Positions 20,273 through 28,505 of a DNA stretch of 46,060 nucleotides are shown piece by piece. The position numbers and the translations under genes were made by a program. The stretch is from Escherichia phage EC147, in the sequence record ON185589.1, one strand, 5' to 3'. Below the pieces are notes generated by a model. The model was given only the letters and a program-made list of their open reading frames with translations. It was not told where the DNA came from and did no database searches. Numbering within the stretch: the stretch's first letter is position 1; each line of letters opens with the position of its first letter.

Positions 20273-20944
20273 ATGAGTTACGGTGCTTTATTAAATCTTA
20301 ATAACGGAAATCCATTTGTTACGCCAAATTCAACGCCTTTTGTATTATATAAAAAAGTAAATGTATCATCTTCCGCTAACGGAGTTTTTCAATCAGCATC
20401 AACTAATATTCCAATCAGTTCAAGTTATCCGGCAATAGCATTTTTGAAAACAACTTACACAGCACAACCAACAATGGTTGGTTCAAGAAGAAATGGAGAC
20501 AGTATAGTTGTTAGCTCAAGCAATCCATTTGGTAAATCACACACTTTAACAGCTTATGTTTTTGCAAGATTCCCTCAGCCATTGCCAAAATATGGAATGG
20601 CAATTTGGGATGAAGGAGGTACGTGTATATTAACAAATGAATCAAAGGTTTTAACAGATCTAGTGACCATTGGGGCACCTGGAGTTAATGGTGGTATAAA
20701 TATAGATGAAACGTTATCAGGAAGTTATGCAGTATCACCTGGAATATTGGGTTCTACGCTAATTAGATTTTTTGTTCAAGGTCAACCACAGGTTATTTCT
20801 ATTACTGCATTCACAGGCGCCAGGTTTAACGGGTCAACAACAAGAATATCAGCAGCAAGCGGTAATAATGCAACCGGATCTGTTGTTGGATATACAAATA
20901 ATGGCAATGCAATAACAGCCATCAAGACTGATATTTACGACTAA
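20273..20944 (+). CDS. hypothetical protein (tail fiber-associated by position)
   Basis: ATG at 20273 after GGAGAAA; 223 aa; Ser/Thr/Asn/Gly-rich; last gene of the structural operon. Confidence 0.45.
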   Translation: MSYGALLNLNNGNPFVTPNSTPFVLYKKVNVSSSANGVFQSASTNIPISSSYPAIAFLKTTYTAQPTMVGSRRNGDSIVVSSSNPFGKSHTLTAYVFARFPQPLPKYGMAIWDEGGTCILTNESKVLTDLVTIGAPGVNGGINIDETLSGSYAVSPGILGSTLIRFFVQGQPQVISITAFTGARFNGSTTRISAASGNNATGSVVGYTNNGNAITAIKTDIYD

Positions 20945-20980
20945 TGAAAAAAGGGGCTTTCGCCCCTTTATTTTTATTTA
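20945..20980. terminator. bidirectional terminator between tail operon and cor
   Basis: AGGGGC-TTTC-GCCCCT flanked by an A-run upstream and a T-run downstream. Confidence 0.65.
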
Positions 20981-21205
20981 CAGACTGCAATCAGCGTTTT
21001 TAAAGTTATCAATACTTACCCACTGAAAATTAAACGGATAGCCAGCCTTAACAAGAGTGCGGTCGCCAACTCGTTTTACTCCAAAAATAGCAACTGAATA
21101 CTGCATACCGCTATTTTCATAAATAGCCGTGCATTCACGTTTAGGCATATTTGCGCAACCAGTCAGGGTTACGGCTGCAATCAAAACGGCGATTAATTTT
21201 TTCAT
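20978..21205 (-). CDS. cor: Cor-like superinfection-exclusion lipoprotein
   Basis: 75 aa; signal peptide with lipobox LTGC; small minus-strand lipoprotein gene right after the tail genes, as in T1/phi80. Confidence 0.7.
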   Translation of the reverse strand: MKKLIAVLIAAVTLTGCANMPKRECTAIYENSGMQYSVAIFGVKRVGDRTLVKAGYPFNFQWVSIDNFKNADCSL

Positions 21206-21236
21206 CTTGGTATCTCCTTCGTTGTTGTTGGTTGCA

Positions 21237-21281
21237 ACTATACACGATCTTACAGCAGGCGTTTAGCAAAAAGTGCTATTC
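21237..21281 (-). promoter_or_regulatory. conserved 21-bp element + N18 + TATAGT (cor promoter)
   Basis: minus-strand reading ATAGCACTTTTTGCTAAAC + 18 nt + TATAGT, about 30 nt upstream of the cor ATG. Confidence 0.55.
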
Positions 21282-21339
21282 TGTTCTTTTTGCTCTCATG
21301 TGTTCTCAAATCTGCGGAGGCGTAAATTTAGAGCAAAAA

Positions 21340-21520
21340 GTAAACAACAATAGAGAGCAATATATACAGATAAATATATATAAATACATATAAATCAATA
21401 AGTTAGTGGTATATGTATTTATATCTGTTCTTTATTGTTATCTATGTTTTGTGTGATTTTGCGTGTCTGGTGATTTTTCTGTGATTATGCATGTGTCAGT
21501 GGTTATGTGTGTATATATCT
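21340..21520. repeat. AT-rich region with ATAAAT/ATATATA tracts and GTGATT-type direct repeats
   Basis: about 500 bp non-coding between cor and exonuclease; GTGATTTT-like repeats near 21453, 21470, 21481, 21499; TGTTATC at 21436. Confidence 0.5.
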
Positions 21521-21647
21521 ATATCCTGCGCAAATGGAGGAACAAGAGAACAAAAAGACAACTCGGATATTTATCAATAACTTACATGTAAGTTTTGTTA
21601 TCCAGGTTGGTGAGAACGTTGTTAGAACATAAAAAACAAAATAGCTA

Positions 21648-21675
21648 TTGACTAAACGCATCAAATAGCTACAAT
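21648..21675 (+). promoter_or_regulatory. sigma70-like promoter for the recombination operon
   Basis: TTGACT (21648-53), 16-nt spacer, TACAAT (21670-75), about 30 nt upstream of ATG 21705. Confidence 0.5.
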
Positions 21676-21704
21676 GCAGGCATACCAACAAACGAGGGCA
21701 AATC

Positions 21705-22766
21705 ATGAATAAGTTTATGGCGTACACCAGCGAAGAAATGAGCAACGAGCTTTATCACGATCCAGAAGCGTGGACGGCTGATTATGTTAGCGGTTCAAGC
21801 CTGGCGGAGATTTACAGCACATGCCCGGCAGCGTGGAAGTTCAAGCCGCGTGACGACAAGAGCAAGGCGCTAGTTTTTGGTACGCAGTCGCATACCAACT
21901 TTGAAAGCAAGGAGCTTTTCGAAAAAACCTATCGCCGTGCGCCAGCGCCAGAAGACTTTAAGGATCTGATAACCAGCCAAACGGCGCTTGCTGCAAAGCT
22001 GAAATCATTTGGCCTGAAAGGTACAACCGGAAAGACTTACCCCGAACTTATAAAAATGATGGTCGACTGCGGAGAAGACCTTAACGTCATGTGGTTAATC
22101 GACATGATCGCAGAAAGTCAGGCCAGGGCCGATGGGGTTCAGTTAATCGAAGCTAAAGATTACGATTCGTGCGTTGCAATGCGCCAGGTTCTGGAATCAA
22201 TACCGGAACATAACGCATGTATGAATAGCAAGACAGCACAACGTGAATTATCGTTGTTCGGTGAAATCAACGGCGTAAAAGTCAAAGTGCGATGCGATCA
22301 CGTTGACGTAACAAAGAACGTCACCGCAACGCTGATTGATGGTTACGATGAAAAAGGTCAACCGATTTGCCGCGATATTATTTATCCAGAGGCGATTGTG
22401 ATTACTGACTACAAAACAACAATGAGCGCTAATCCGGTTGAGTTTATGCGCCTGGCTTACAATCACGGCTATTATCTGAAAATGGCGTTGCAATGTGATT
22501 TATTCAGGAAAGCGTATCCAGAAGAAAAGCGACCTATAGTTGTGCGCCTGTTAGCGCAAGAGAAGAAAGAGCCTTACTTGCCGTTAGCTTTCCGCATGAA
22601 CAGCGAGCAATTGAAGATCGGGCGCATTCAGTACATGAGCGTAATTAACCAGTTTGCCATGTGCCAGCAACATGACGTTTGGCCTTCGTATTCAAACGGC
22701 GAGCCGGAGGTTTGCCTTGATACTCCTGATTGGGTGCGACGCCAGTTTAAGCAATATCTTATTTAA
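21705..22766 (+). CDS. PD-(D/E)xK family exonuclease (RecE-like)
   Basis: 353 aa; motif VRCDHVDV..ITDYKT fits a D..(D/E)xK nuclease core; first gene of the exonuclease-Erf-SSB cluster. Confidence 0.55.
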   Translation: MNKFMAYTSEEMSNELYHDPEAWTADYVSGSSLAEIYSTCPAAWKFKPRDDKSKALVFGTQSHTNFESKELFEKTYRRAPAPEDFKDLITSQTALAAKLKSFGLKGTTGKTYPELIKMMVDCGEDLNVMWLIDMIAESQARADGVQLIEAKDYDSCVAMRQVLESIPEHNACMNSKTAQRELSLFGEINGVKVKVRCDHVDVTKNVTATLIDGYDEKGQPICRDIIYPEAIVITDYKTTMSANPVEFMRLAYNHGYYLKMALQCDLFRKAYPEEKRPIVVRLLAQEKKEPYLPLAFRMNSEQLKIGRIQYMSVINQFAMCQQHDVWPSYSNGEPEVCLDTPDWVRRQFKQYLI

Positions 22767-22794
22767 ACAGCACAAATAGCTAAACAAATGAAAA

Positions 22795-22818
22795 ATGCGG
22801 TGTTATAATTCACCGCAT
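22795..22818 (+). other. stem-loop with TTATAATT loop
   Basis: ATGCGGTG-TTATAATT-CACCGCAT, 8-bp stem, no T-run; possible RNA processing/stability element or -10-containing site. Confidence 0.35.
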
Positions 22819-22847
22819 AAGTTAACAATAAGCGTAAGGAAATAAAC

Positions 22848-23135
22848 ATGGAAAACAAACAAGTGTCAAAGGTAGCAGTTCATATCAACAATTTTGCAAC
22901 TGGCATGGCTATGTTGCTTCGTGACTTTGTAGAGCCACTTGATCCAACAGCAGGCGAAGAAGAAATGGAGTACATCAGAAAAGTAATAGATGCAGTCGAT
23001 AACGTCGTGCTCATTGCGACAATGAGTGAAGACAACGAGGAAGCAATCAAGGCGGTAAAAGAAAGTTCTGATCGCATGATGGAAAATCTTATTAAATTAC
23101 ACACTAAAGAAGAAACAAAACACCAACAGCAATAA
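22848..23135 (+). CDS. hypothetical acidic protein
   Basis: 95 aa, RBS AAGGA; about 19 acidic vs 11 basic residues; between exonuclease and Erf. Confidence 0.5.
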   Translation: MENKQVSKVAVHINNFATGMAMLLRDFVEPLDPTAGEEEMEYIRKVIDAVDNVVLIATMSEDNEEAIKAVKESSDRMMENLIKLHTKEETKHQQQ

Positions 23136-23171
23136 GGCGGCGAAAGCCGCCATGAGTTACGGGAATTAATC

Positions 23172-23828
23172 ATGAAACTATCAGAGCAATTCGACAAGGT
23201 TTTACCAGCACTGCACAAGGCGCGCAGTTTGTTTGTAAAGGTTAAGAAGGATAAACAAAATACACACTTAAAAAACCGTTACGCTACACTTGATGCCGTT
23301 CTTGATGCAATCACTCCAGCATTGAATGATAACGAGCTAATGTTGATGCAGGATATGATTGAAAGCGAGCAACCCAACCGCATCAAAGTTGAAACAACAG
23401 TTCTGCATGTTTCCGGTCAGTGGGTGAAATTCTACGCTGAATTACCAATAGTTAAAAACGATCCTCAAGGTGTAGGATCTGCATTCACATACGCGCGTCG
23501 TTATGCAGCCGCCGCAGCATTTGGCTTAAGCCAGGCAGACGATGACGCACAGATTGCCGTTAAATCTGCAAACGACTGGAAACGTGACATTGAGAAATGC
23601 GAAAGCGTAAACGAATTACAAGAAGTGCTTAAATCAGCATGGAAGGCAAGCGATCCGGCAAGCAAACAGGTAATTAAAGAGCATTACGAAAAACGCAAGG
23701 CAGAGCTTGAGATAGGCAAAGCACGAGGATTTAATCCAGCGCAACCAAAGCAAAATCTTGCCTCGCCAGAAGTTGACACAAAAAACGACGAGCAAGTAAA
23801 ATCACAAAGTATCACTGATTTTGAATAA
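23172..23828 (+). CDS. erf: Erf-family single-strand annealing protein
   Basis: 218 aa; motif [25 protein letters not shown] matches the Erf core as remembered from P22 Erf (GATSSYARKY..FGIDDAKDAD). Confidence 0.8.
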   Translation: MKLSEQFDKVLPALHKARSLFVKVKKDKQNTHLKNRYATLDAVLDAITPALNDNELMLMQDMIESEQPNRIKVETTVLHVSGQWVKFYAELPIVKNDPQGVGSAFTYARRYAAAAAFGLSQADDDAQIAVKSANDWKRDIEKCESVNELQEVLKSAWKASDPASKQVIKEHYEKRKAELEIGKARGFNPAQPKQNLASPEVDTKNDEQVKSQSITDFE

Positions 23829-23835
23829 TTGACAT

Positions 23836-23858
23836 GGGGCGCTTGCGCCCCTTTCTTA
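23836..23858 (+). terminator. terminator-like hairpin
   Basis: GGGGCGC-TT-GCGCCCC followed by TTTCTT. Confidence 0.5.
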
Positions 23859-23872
23859 CAGGAGAATAAATA

Positions 23873-24325
23873 ATGCATATTATTACTGGTGAGATCCGAA
23901 AAGAGCCGCGAGTAAAGCAAATGCCTAACGGCAGCACACTTTATGTGGTTGAACTTTCAGAGCGATACAAAGATAAAGATGGAAACTGGCAATATACAAA
24001 CTACAGTTTCTTTTTTAATGCTAAAACAGAAGGTCTTAAGGGTTGGTATGATGAGGCATTCCAGGTTGGCAAGGTTATTTCTGTATCTTGCGACACGCTG
24101 CGCATTGAAACGCGCGAATATAACGGAAAGATGTATTCAAGTTTAATTCCTGGTGGATTTGCAAACCTGCTATTTAGCCAGCGCGGTGAAAGCCAGCAAC
24201 AATATCAGCAGCGCACGCAAGGAGGATGGGGGCAGCCACAACAACAGAATCAACCGCAACAACCGCAACAGCCAAGACAAAGCAATCAACCTCCTATGGA
24301 CTTTGACGACGACATTCCTTTCTGA
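23873..24325 (+). CDS. ssb: single-stranded DNA-binding protein
   Basis: 150 aa; OB-fold N-terminus, Gln/Pro-rich linker, canonical acidic tail DFDDDIPF. Confidence 0.95.
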   Translation: MHIITGEIRKEPRVKQMPNGSTLYVVELSERYKDKDGNWQYTNYSFFFNAKTEGLKGWYDEAFQVGKVISVSCDTLRIETREYNGKMYSSLIPGGFANLLFSQRGESQQQYQQRTQGGWGQPQQQNQPQQPQQPRQSNQPPMDFDDDIPF

Positions 24326-24332
24326 TCAACAA

Positions 24333-24355
24333 AGGGGCATTACGCCCCTTTTTCA
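24333..24355. terminator. bidirectional terminator between ssb and minus-strand module
   Basis: AGGGGC-ATTAC-GCCCCT with flanking T/A runs. Confidence 0.6.
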
Positions 24356-24597
24356 CTTTCAGCCATCCCAAGCACGGCAATAACCTTAACAGCAATTCGC
24401 TTTGCAAGTTCAGTTTGATGAGCATTAAGTTTTCCAGTGGTCATTATTGACAACATTCCGCTCATACTACCTAGACCGTTAAAATCTGACATTGCAGATT
24501 TCATTATTGATATTGGTGAATGACCATCATCAGATATTGTGTGCGCTCTCTCTGACAGGTCTTTAACTACCTGATCAATTCCTTCACTTTTCGTCAT
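24340..24597 (-). CDS. hypothetical protein
   Basis: 85 aa, RBS AAGGA; Ser/Met/Gly-rich; last gene of the minus-strand module. Confidence 0.45.
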   Translation of the reverse strand: MTKSEGIDQVVKDLSERAHTISDDGHSPISIMKSAMSDFNGLGSMSGMLSIMTTGKLNAHQTELAKRIAVKVIAVLGMAESEKGA

Positions 24598-25075
24598 TTG
24601 CTTTTCCTTCAGGCGTTGATTTCTGTTCTGGCATTACAGGCCACGGGCTAATTGATTCCCTTTCTGCTACTGGCTTTTCAGGTTCAATTCCTAAAAACTT
24701 TCCTACAAACTCACCAACAAAATTTGAACTATCGCTTACATAAACGTGCATCCTGTCGAGATCTGCAACCGTAACGCTATTTGGTGCGATCATAATTCGC
24801 TGTTGGTGAAAACCGATATACATCACATTAGCAGGACGCTCAAGAGTTCCCATATTTGGCGCAATTACGCCCATTATCCAACAATAATGAATGTTGCCAT
24901 CAAGCGGCTCACATCCAGCGTTAAGCCAGTTTACTTTCTGGTGAGGAAACGCCATTGATGAATCAGTAGCATCACGCCGTAACGACCATTTAACGCCGCC
25001 AATCTCAATGATTTGTTTCGGCCTCATCCCGTTGAATTGAGTCACGCCAGCGCCATTTTGATTAATGTTTTGCAT
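24584..25075 (-). CDS. hypothetical protein
   Basis: 163 aa; RBS AAAGG; overlaps downstream ORF by 14 nt. Confidence 0.5.
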   Translation of the reverse strand: MQNINQNGAGVTQFNGMRPKQIIEIGGVKWSLRRDATDSSMAFPHQKVNWLNAGCEPLDGNIHYCWIMGVIAPNMGTLERPANVMYIGFHQQRIMIAPNSVTVADLDRMHVYVSDSSNFVGEFVGKFLGIEPEKPVAERESISPWPVMPEQKSTPEGKANDEK

Positions 25076-25089
25076 ATCGGTTAACCTTT

Positions 25090-25413
25090 TTACATTGATT
25101 TCATTTTACGCAATGCGCAGATACAAGCGGCAGCAAGATCGGTTAATTCTTTCTCAATGCCATGATGCGAGCCGTCTGCCTTTTCGGTCATTAGCTCTTT
25201 GTATTCCATTTCTACAATCGACATTAAGCCGCCTGGCTTGTCAATGTGCGCGTCCCAGGTTTTAGGATAGTGCTTAGTTCTTTCAATAACACTTCCCATA
25301 ACTGAATCATGTTCATGATCTCGATCATAATCTCCATCATGATCCTTTCCTCCAATTACTACTCGCGGCAAATGCACGCGCGGTAAATGATAGCCAGCGA
25401 CACGAATTTTCAT
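25090..25413 (-). CDS. hypothetical His/Asp-rich protein
   Basis: 107 aa; RBS AAGGGG; stretch HDGDYDRDHEHD suggests metal binding. Confidence 0.5.
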   Translation of the reverse strand: MKIRVAGYHLPRVHLPRVVIGGKDHDGDYDRDHEHDSVMGSVIERTKHYPKTWDAHIDKPGGLMSIVEMEYKELMTEKADGSHHGIEKELTDLAAACICALRKMKSM

Positions 25414-25429
25414 GAGTATATCCCCTTAT

Positions 25430-25451
25430 AAAAAAGCGCCCCGAAAGGCGC
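25430..25451 (-). terminator. minus-strand terminator after the Gly-rich protein gene
   Basis: minus-strand hairpin AGCGCC-TTTCGG-GGCGCT followed by a U-run. Confidence 0.55.
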
Positions 25452-25459
25452 TTGATTTA

Positions 25460-26155
25460 TTAGCAACCGCAGCAGCCAGTCGGCGGAGTCGCCGGAGTAG
25501 GCAACTTGAAGTTTACCAGTTGCTCGACTTGGTTGATTTTGCAATTCAGTGCGGCGGTCTGGTTTGCCTGAGAAAGAGCAAAACGAGCCTCCTGCAACTG
25601 AGCTTTCATATCGCAAATCAGAACAGCCTGAGAATCAGCGAACTGTTGACGAATCAGATCTCGCGTTGCATTGCCTTGTCGCTCAATATTCAGGTTTGTA
25701 TCACAGCAACATCTCTCCGCTGCAATCTGTGCCTGATAGGAACGCTCAAGAGCATTAACATCGGCAGCATTAATCGCAGCAACTGTATGGTTAGTACCGC
25801 TAACAATCGCGGTATTCAGTCCGGCGAAACCTTGCACCGATGCAAGCAGGTTTTGCGTATTCTGGCTGGTAATGCCGTTAAAGGTTGACGCGGCGGAGCG
25901 CTCAACGGCAAGGTTTGTGGAGTTTTGACCTTGCAGAGTTTGCAGCCCCAGGTTGTTTACTCCTGTCTGGATGTTATTAATACCATCAAGAACAGCGTTA
26001 GCACCGACAGCACCATCACCACCATAACCACCACGACCATTAAAGCCGTTACCAAACCATGACCCAATCAGGCCACCAACAGCACCGCCAAGACCAGCCG
26101 CGCCAGCTTCGCCACCAAAACCACCACCAGTAGGGAGTAAAGTCATATCTGACAT
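25460..26155 (-). CDS. glycine-rich protein with C-terminal Cys cluster (possible fiber/structural protein)
   Basis: ATG at 26155 after GAGGA (ORF track extends to 26203); 231 aa; N-terminal GGGFGGEAGAAGLGG..GRGGYGGDG; internal CCC; ends PTGCCGC; terminators on both sides. Confidence 0.6.
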   Translation of the reverse strand: MSDMTLLPTGGGFGGEAGAAGLGGAVGGLIGSWFGNGFNGRGGYGGDGAVGANAVLDGINNIQTGVNNLGLQTLQGQNSTNLAVERSAASTFNGITSQNTQNLLASVQGFAGLNTAIVSGTNHTVAAINAADVNALERSYQAQIAAERCCCDTNLNIERQGNATRDLIRQQFADSQAVLICDMKAQLQEARFALSQANQTAALNCKINQVEQLVNFKLPTPATPPTGCCGC

Positions 26156-26291
26156 AGTAAATTCCTCTTTGACGTTAAAAAAATTAAAAAAAGTTTGCAA
26201 CATTTATGTTACGACAAAGAGTATGCGCCCAATTACCAGGAATAGATATAAAATGTTTGTAAGCGATATGTCAGCAAATGGCATAAAGACG

Positions 26292-26317
26292 AAAAAAGGC
26301 GCAGCCGTAGCCGCGCC
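26292..26317 (-). terminator. minus-strand terminator
   Basis: minus-strand hairpin AGGCGC..GCGCCT followed by TTTTTT. Confidence 0.55.
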
Positions 26318-26333
26318 TTGTGATTATTTTTTG

Positions 26334-26855
26334 TTAACTTTCCAGCGTTGTTGGCTTGTCGAGTAACGCCGCCACCGCCTCTTTGAGATCTGCAATTTCA
26401 GATTTAAGTGTTTCGATCTCCTCTTGTTGCTTGTCAACTTTTGCCTTTTGCTCCTTGATTGCGTTAGTGTCTGCTTTAACCTGATTAGCCAGATCTTGCA
26501 ACTGTTTTAGGTCAAAGTTTTTGAAAAATTCAATAGCTTCCTCGATCTGAGTTTCTTTGCTTTGATAGTAACGCAGAGTTTCCGCAACATCTTGCGCAAG
26601 GCCGTCAACCGTGATTGAGTCATGCAGCAAAATAATGTAATTGCTTCGCCCAATTTCAGCGCCTCCAGTTGTGATGGCGCGGATTTGTGTATCGCTGATA
26701 ACTTCACTGATCACAGCCGCTTGAAATGGCGCATCAATGAAAAAGATTGTTGCACCAGGGCGAATGAGCGTTAGTTGCTCTCGCCATTTCGTGTCGTATC
26801 CAGTAATATAACCTTGAGCGTCCATTGACGCTTGTCCGGTTCTGTAAATTGCCAT
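26334..26855 (-). CDS. hypothetical coiled-coil protein (possible fiber/structural protein)
   Basis: ATG at 26855 after GGGAG; upstream part of ORF track frame lies inside a terminator; 173 aa; C-terminal third predicted coiled-coil. Confidence 0.55.
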   Translation of the reverse strand: MAIYRTGQASMDAQGYITGYDTKWREQLTLIRPGATIFFIDAPFQAAVISEVISDTQIRAITTGGAEIGRSNYIILLHDSITVDGLAQDVAETLRYYQSKETQIEEAIEFFKNFDLKQLQDLANQVKADTNAIKEQKAKVDKQQEEIETLKSEIADLKEAVAALLDKPTTLES

Positions 26856-26910
26856 GCGTTTTCTCCCATGTTGCATGTTAATGTCAATGCAGATAATAGC
26901 ATTTGCTAAG

Positions 26911-26938
26911 GCAAAAAAAAACCCCGCAATGCGGGGTA
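26911..26938 (-). terminator. minus-strand terminator after primase gene
   Basis: minus-strand CCCCGC-ATT-GCGGGG followed by a 9-U run. Confidence 0.7.
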
Positions 26939-26954
26939 AAAGTAGCAGTGACAT

Positions 26955-27887
26955 TTAGAGAATAGATTCAGGTTTGAAAACCTTCCTCTCTATCCCTTGT
27001 CTGTAATTATCATTAATCGGCATCATAATTTCAAGTCCTCTTTCCTCGGCAGCAATGATCGCGTCACGATCTGTGCTCTTACAGACAACTCGCATTCTTC
27101 TGTTGCCTTTATACCTGTAAGCCACAATCTCAATGTTAGTTGCATCAAAACAGGCCCAAACCTCCTGACCAGTTGCAAGATGAATATGTTGCGCATCAAT
27201 CCAGTCAACGCAAAGATAGATAGTCTTATCTGTACTTCCGGTTCTAACAATCGACCCTCGCGTGTAGTCCTTTGCTAGAAAAGACTGTTTACCTTCTTCA
27301 TCAATGAAAAGCACATTGCACATTTCATCATCAATATCATCTGAATGCACAAGGTAACATGATAACGCGTGAATGTATCGACCATCTTTTACGCCGCAAT
27401 CATAATGACCATCTTCAGGCGGGCATATTCCTTCATATGTGCTTAACGGCGTGCGATCAAATTTTAGTGTTTTTGACATAACGCGCTCGCAGCATTCATG
27501 GCTTGCCTGTTTCCCAAACGAATAACCAGAATCACGAGATACTCGCTTATTTGCCTTGATTCTATAGCCCTGCGGAACTTTTCCAAGAAAGCGGCCCAAA
27601 ATATTGATCACTTCGCTGTAAGGTTCTCCGGTTAGCTTCATGATCCAACCTATTCCAGTATCGTTTCCGCACACGTTGCAGATCGCACCGCCATCGCCTT
27701 TTTTATCTCCAAGTTTATCCGTCCATCTAAAGCGATCCTTTCCGCCGCAGTGGGGGCAAGATTGATGCTTGCCGTTAAAAACTTCATTTGGAAGACCGCA
27801 AATACTTTGTAGCGCCTCACGCCATAATCCCTGCATATATGGGAGAACATCTTCCTTTTGATAAACCATAAAGTTTTCGTTGTTCAT
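26955..27887 (-). CDS. DNA primase (zinc-ribbon + Toprim-like)
   Basis: ATG at 27887 after GAGGTG; zinc ribbon CPHCGGKDRFRW..CNVCG typical of phage primase Zn-binding domains; 310 aa. Confidence 0.65.
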   Translation of the reverse strand: MNNENFMVYQKEDVLPYMQGLWREALQSICGLPNEVFNGKHQSCPHCGGKDRFRWTDKLGDKKGDGGAICNVCGNDTGIGWIMKLTGEPYSEVINILGRFLGKVPQGYRIKANKRVSRDSGYSFGKQASHECCERVMSKTLKFDRTPLSTYEGICPPEDGHYDCGVKDGRYIHALSCYLVHSDDIDDEMCNVLFIDEEGKQSFLAKDYTRGSIVRTGSTDKTIYLCVDWIDAQHIHLATGQEVWACFDATNIEIVAYRYKGNRRMRVVCKSTDRDAIIAAEERGLEIMMPINDNYRQGIERKVFKPESIL

Positions 27888-27942
27888 ATGCACCTCAAAC
27901 AAAAAAGCCTGACAGATGATAACATCATGCCAGGCATTGTTT

Positions 27943-28416
27943 TTAGCAATTAGTGCTTTCAGGTTTATACAGGAATCCGCCAGGTTCATAATCTGACATT
28001 CTTACCACTCGCAACATTTCACGCTTATCACATCTCTTTGTGAGCGGTTTTCCATTGGAATCAAATCGCAGATCTGGACGGCAGAATGAAGCGCGATAGC
28101 CTTGACAGTCATACTTTTTGTAATCGTTATGCACCTTTTGAGCACCAGCGGCTGAAATCATACCACGAACGCGCCACTGATTTACAGTTTGCTGGCTAAC
28201 GTTAAGACGTTTTGCCATTGCTGACACACTTCCGTAATACTCAATAAGGATTTCAAGTCGCGCTTTTAGTCCGGCTCGCACTTCATCTTTTAAAACATAG
28301 TATCCTGTAGGGCGCTTGCGCTTCTTCTTATCCTTGCCTCGTCTTGTTCCGTTATTGCCATTAATTGTGCGCTTGTCAATCTTGCCTGTTGATGCTGCAA
28401 TTCGTTGCTCTTTCAT
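27943..28416 (-). CDS. putative HTH DNA-binding regulator
   Basis: 157 aa; basic N-terminus (KDKKKRKRP) and helix-turn-helix-like VSAMAKRLNVSQQTVNQWRVRG; diverges from the helicase promoter. Confidence 0.55.
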   Translation of the reverse strand: MKEQRIAASTGKIDKRTINGNNGTRRGKDKKKRKRPTGYYVLKDEVRAGLKARLEILIEYYGSVSAMAKRLNVSQQTVNQWRVRGMISAAGAQKVHNDYKKYDCQGYRASFCRPDLRFDSNGKPLTKRCDKREMLRVVRMSDYEPGGFLYKPESTNC

Positions 28417-28428
28417 TATTCATTCTCC

Positions 28429-28472
28429 AATAGCATTTTTTGTTAAACGATGATTTAATGATTGTGTATTAT
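28429..28472 (+). promoter_or_regulatory. conserved element + N18 + TATTAT (helicase promoter)
   Basis: AATAGCATTTTTTGTTAAAC (28429-48), 18 nt, TATTAT (28467-72). Confidence 0.55.
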
Positions 28473-28476
28473 ACAC
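28464..28476. promoter_or_regulatory. perfect 13-bp palindrome overlapping both divergent -10 elements (candidate operator)
   Basis: GTGTAT-T-ATACAC; overlaps TATTAT of the plus promoter and TATAAT of the minus promoter. Confidence 0.5.
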
Positions 28477-28495
28477 GCCAAATGGCATTACTCAA
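28468..28495 (-). promoter_or_regulatory. sigma70-like promoter for the HTH regulator gene
   Basis: minus-strand TTGAGT, 16-nt spacer, TATAAT. Confidence 0.45.
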
Positions 28496-28505
28496 AGGTT
28501 TTAGA

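Noticed and set aside
26169-26366. Plus-strand ORF of 65 aa between two minus-strand genes
   Set aside because: Lies across a minus-strand terminator and promoter region; no RBS; opposite to the local transcription direction.
28429-28448. Reading the conserved 21-bp element as an ordinary sigma70 -35 hexamer
   Set aside because: With the -10 fixed, any hexamer at 16-18 bp spacing falls on TAAAAC/TTAAAA, which does not match TTGACA; TTGTTA would need a 22-bp spacer. The element is therefore treated as an activator or UP-like site.
28440-28505. Helicase starts at the ORF-track TTG (28440) or the ATG at 28482
   Set aside because: Both lie inside or at the predicted promoter and transcription start and lack an RBS; ATG 28506 has AAAGG at the right distance.
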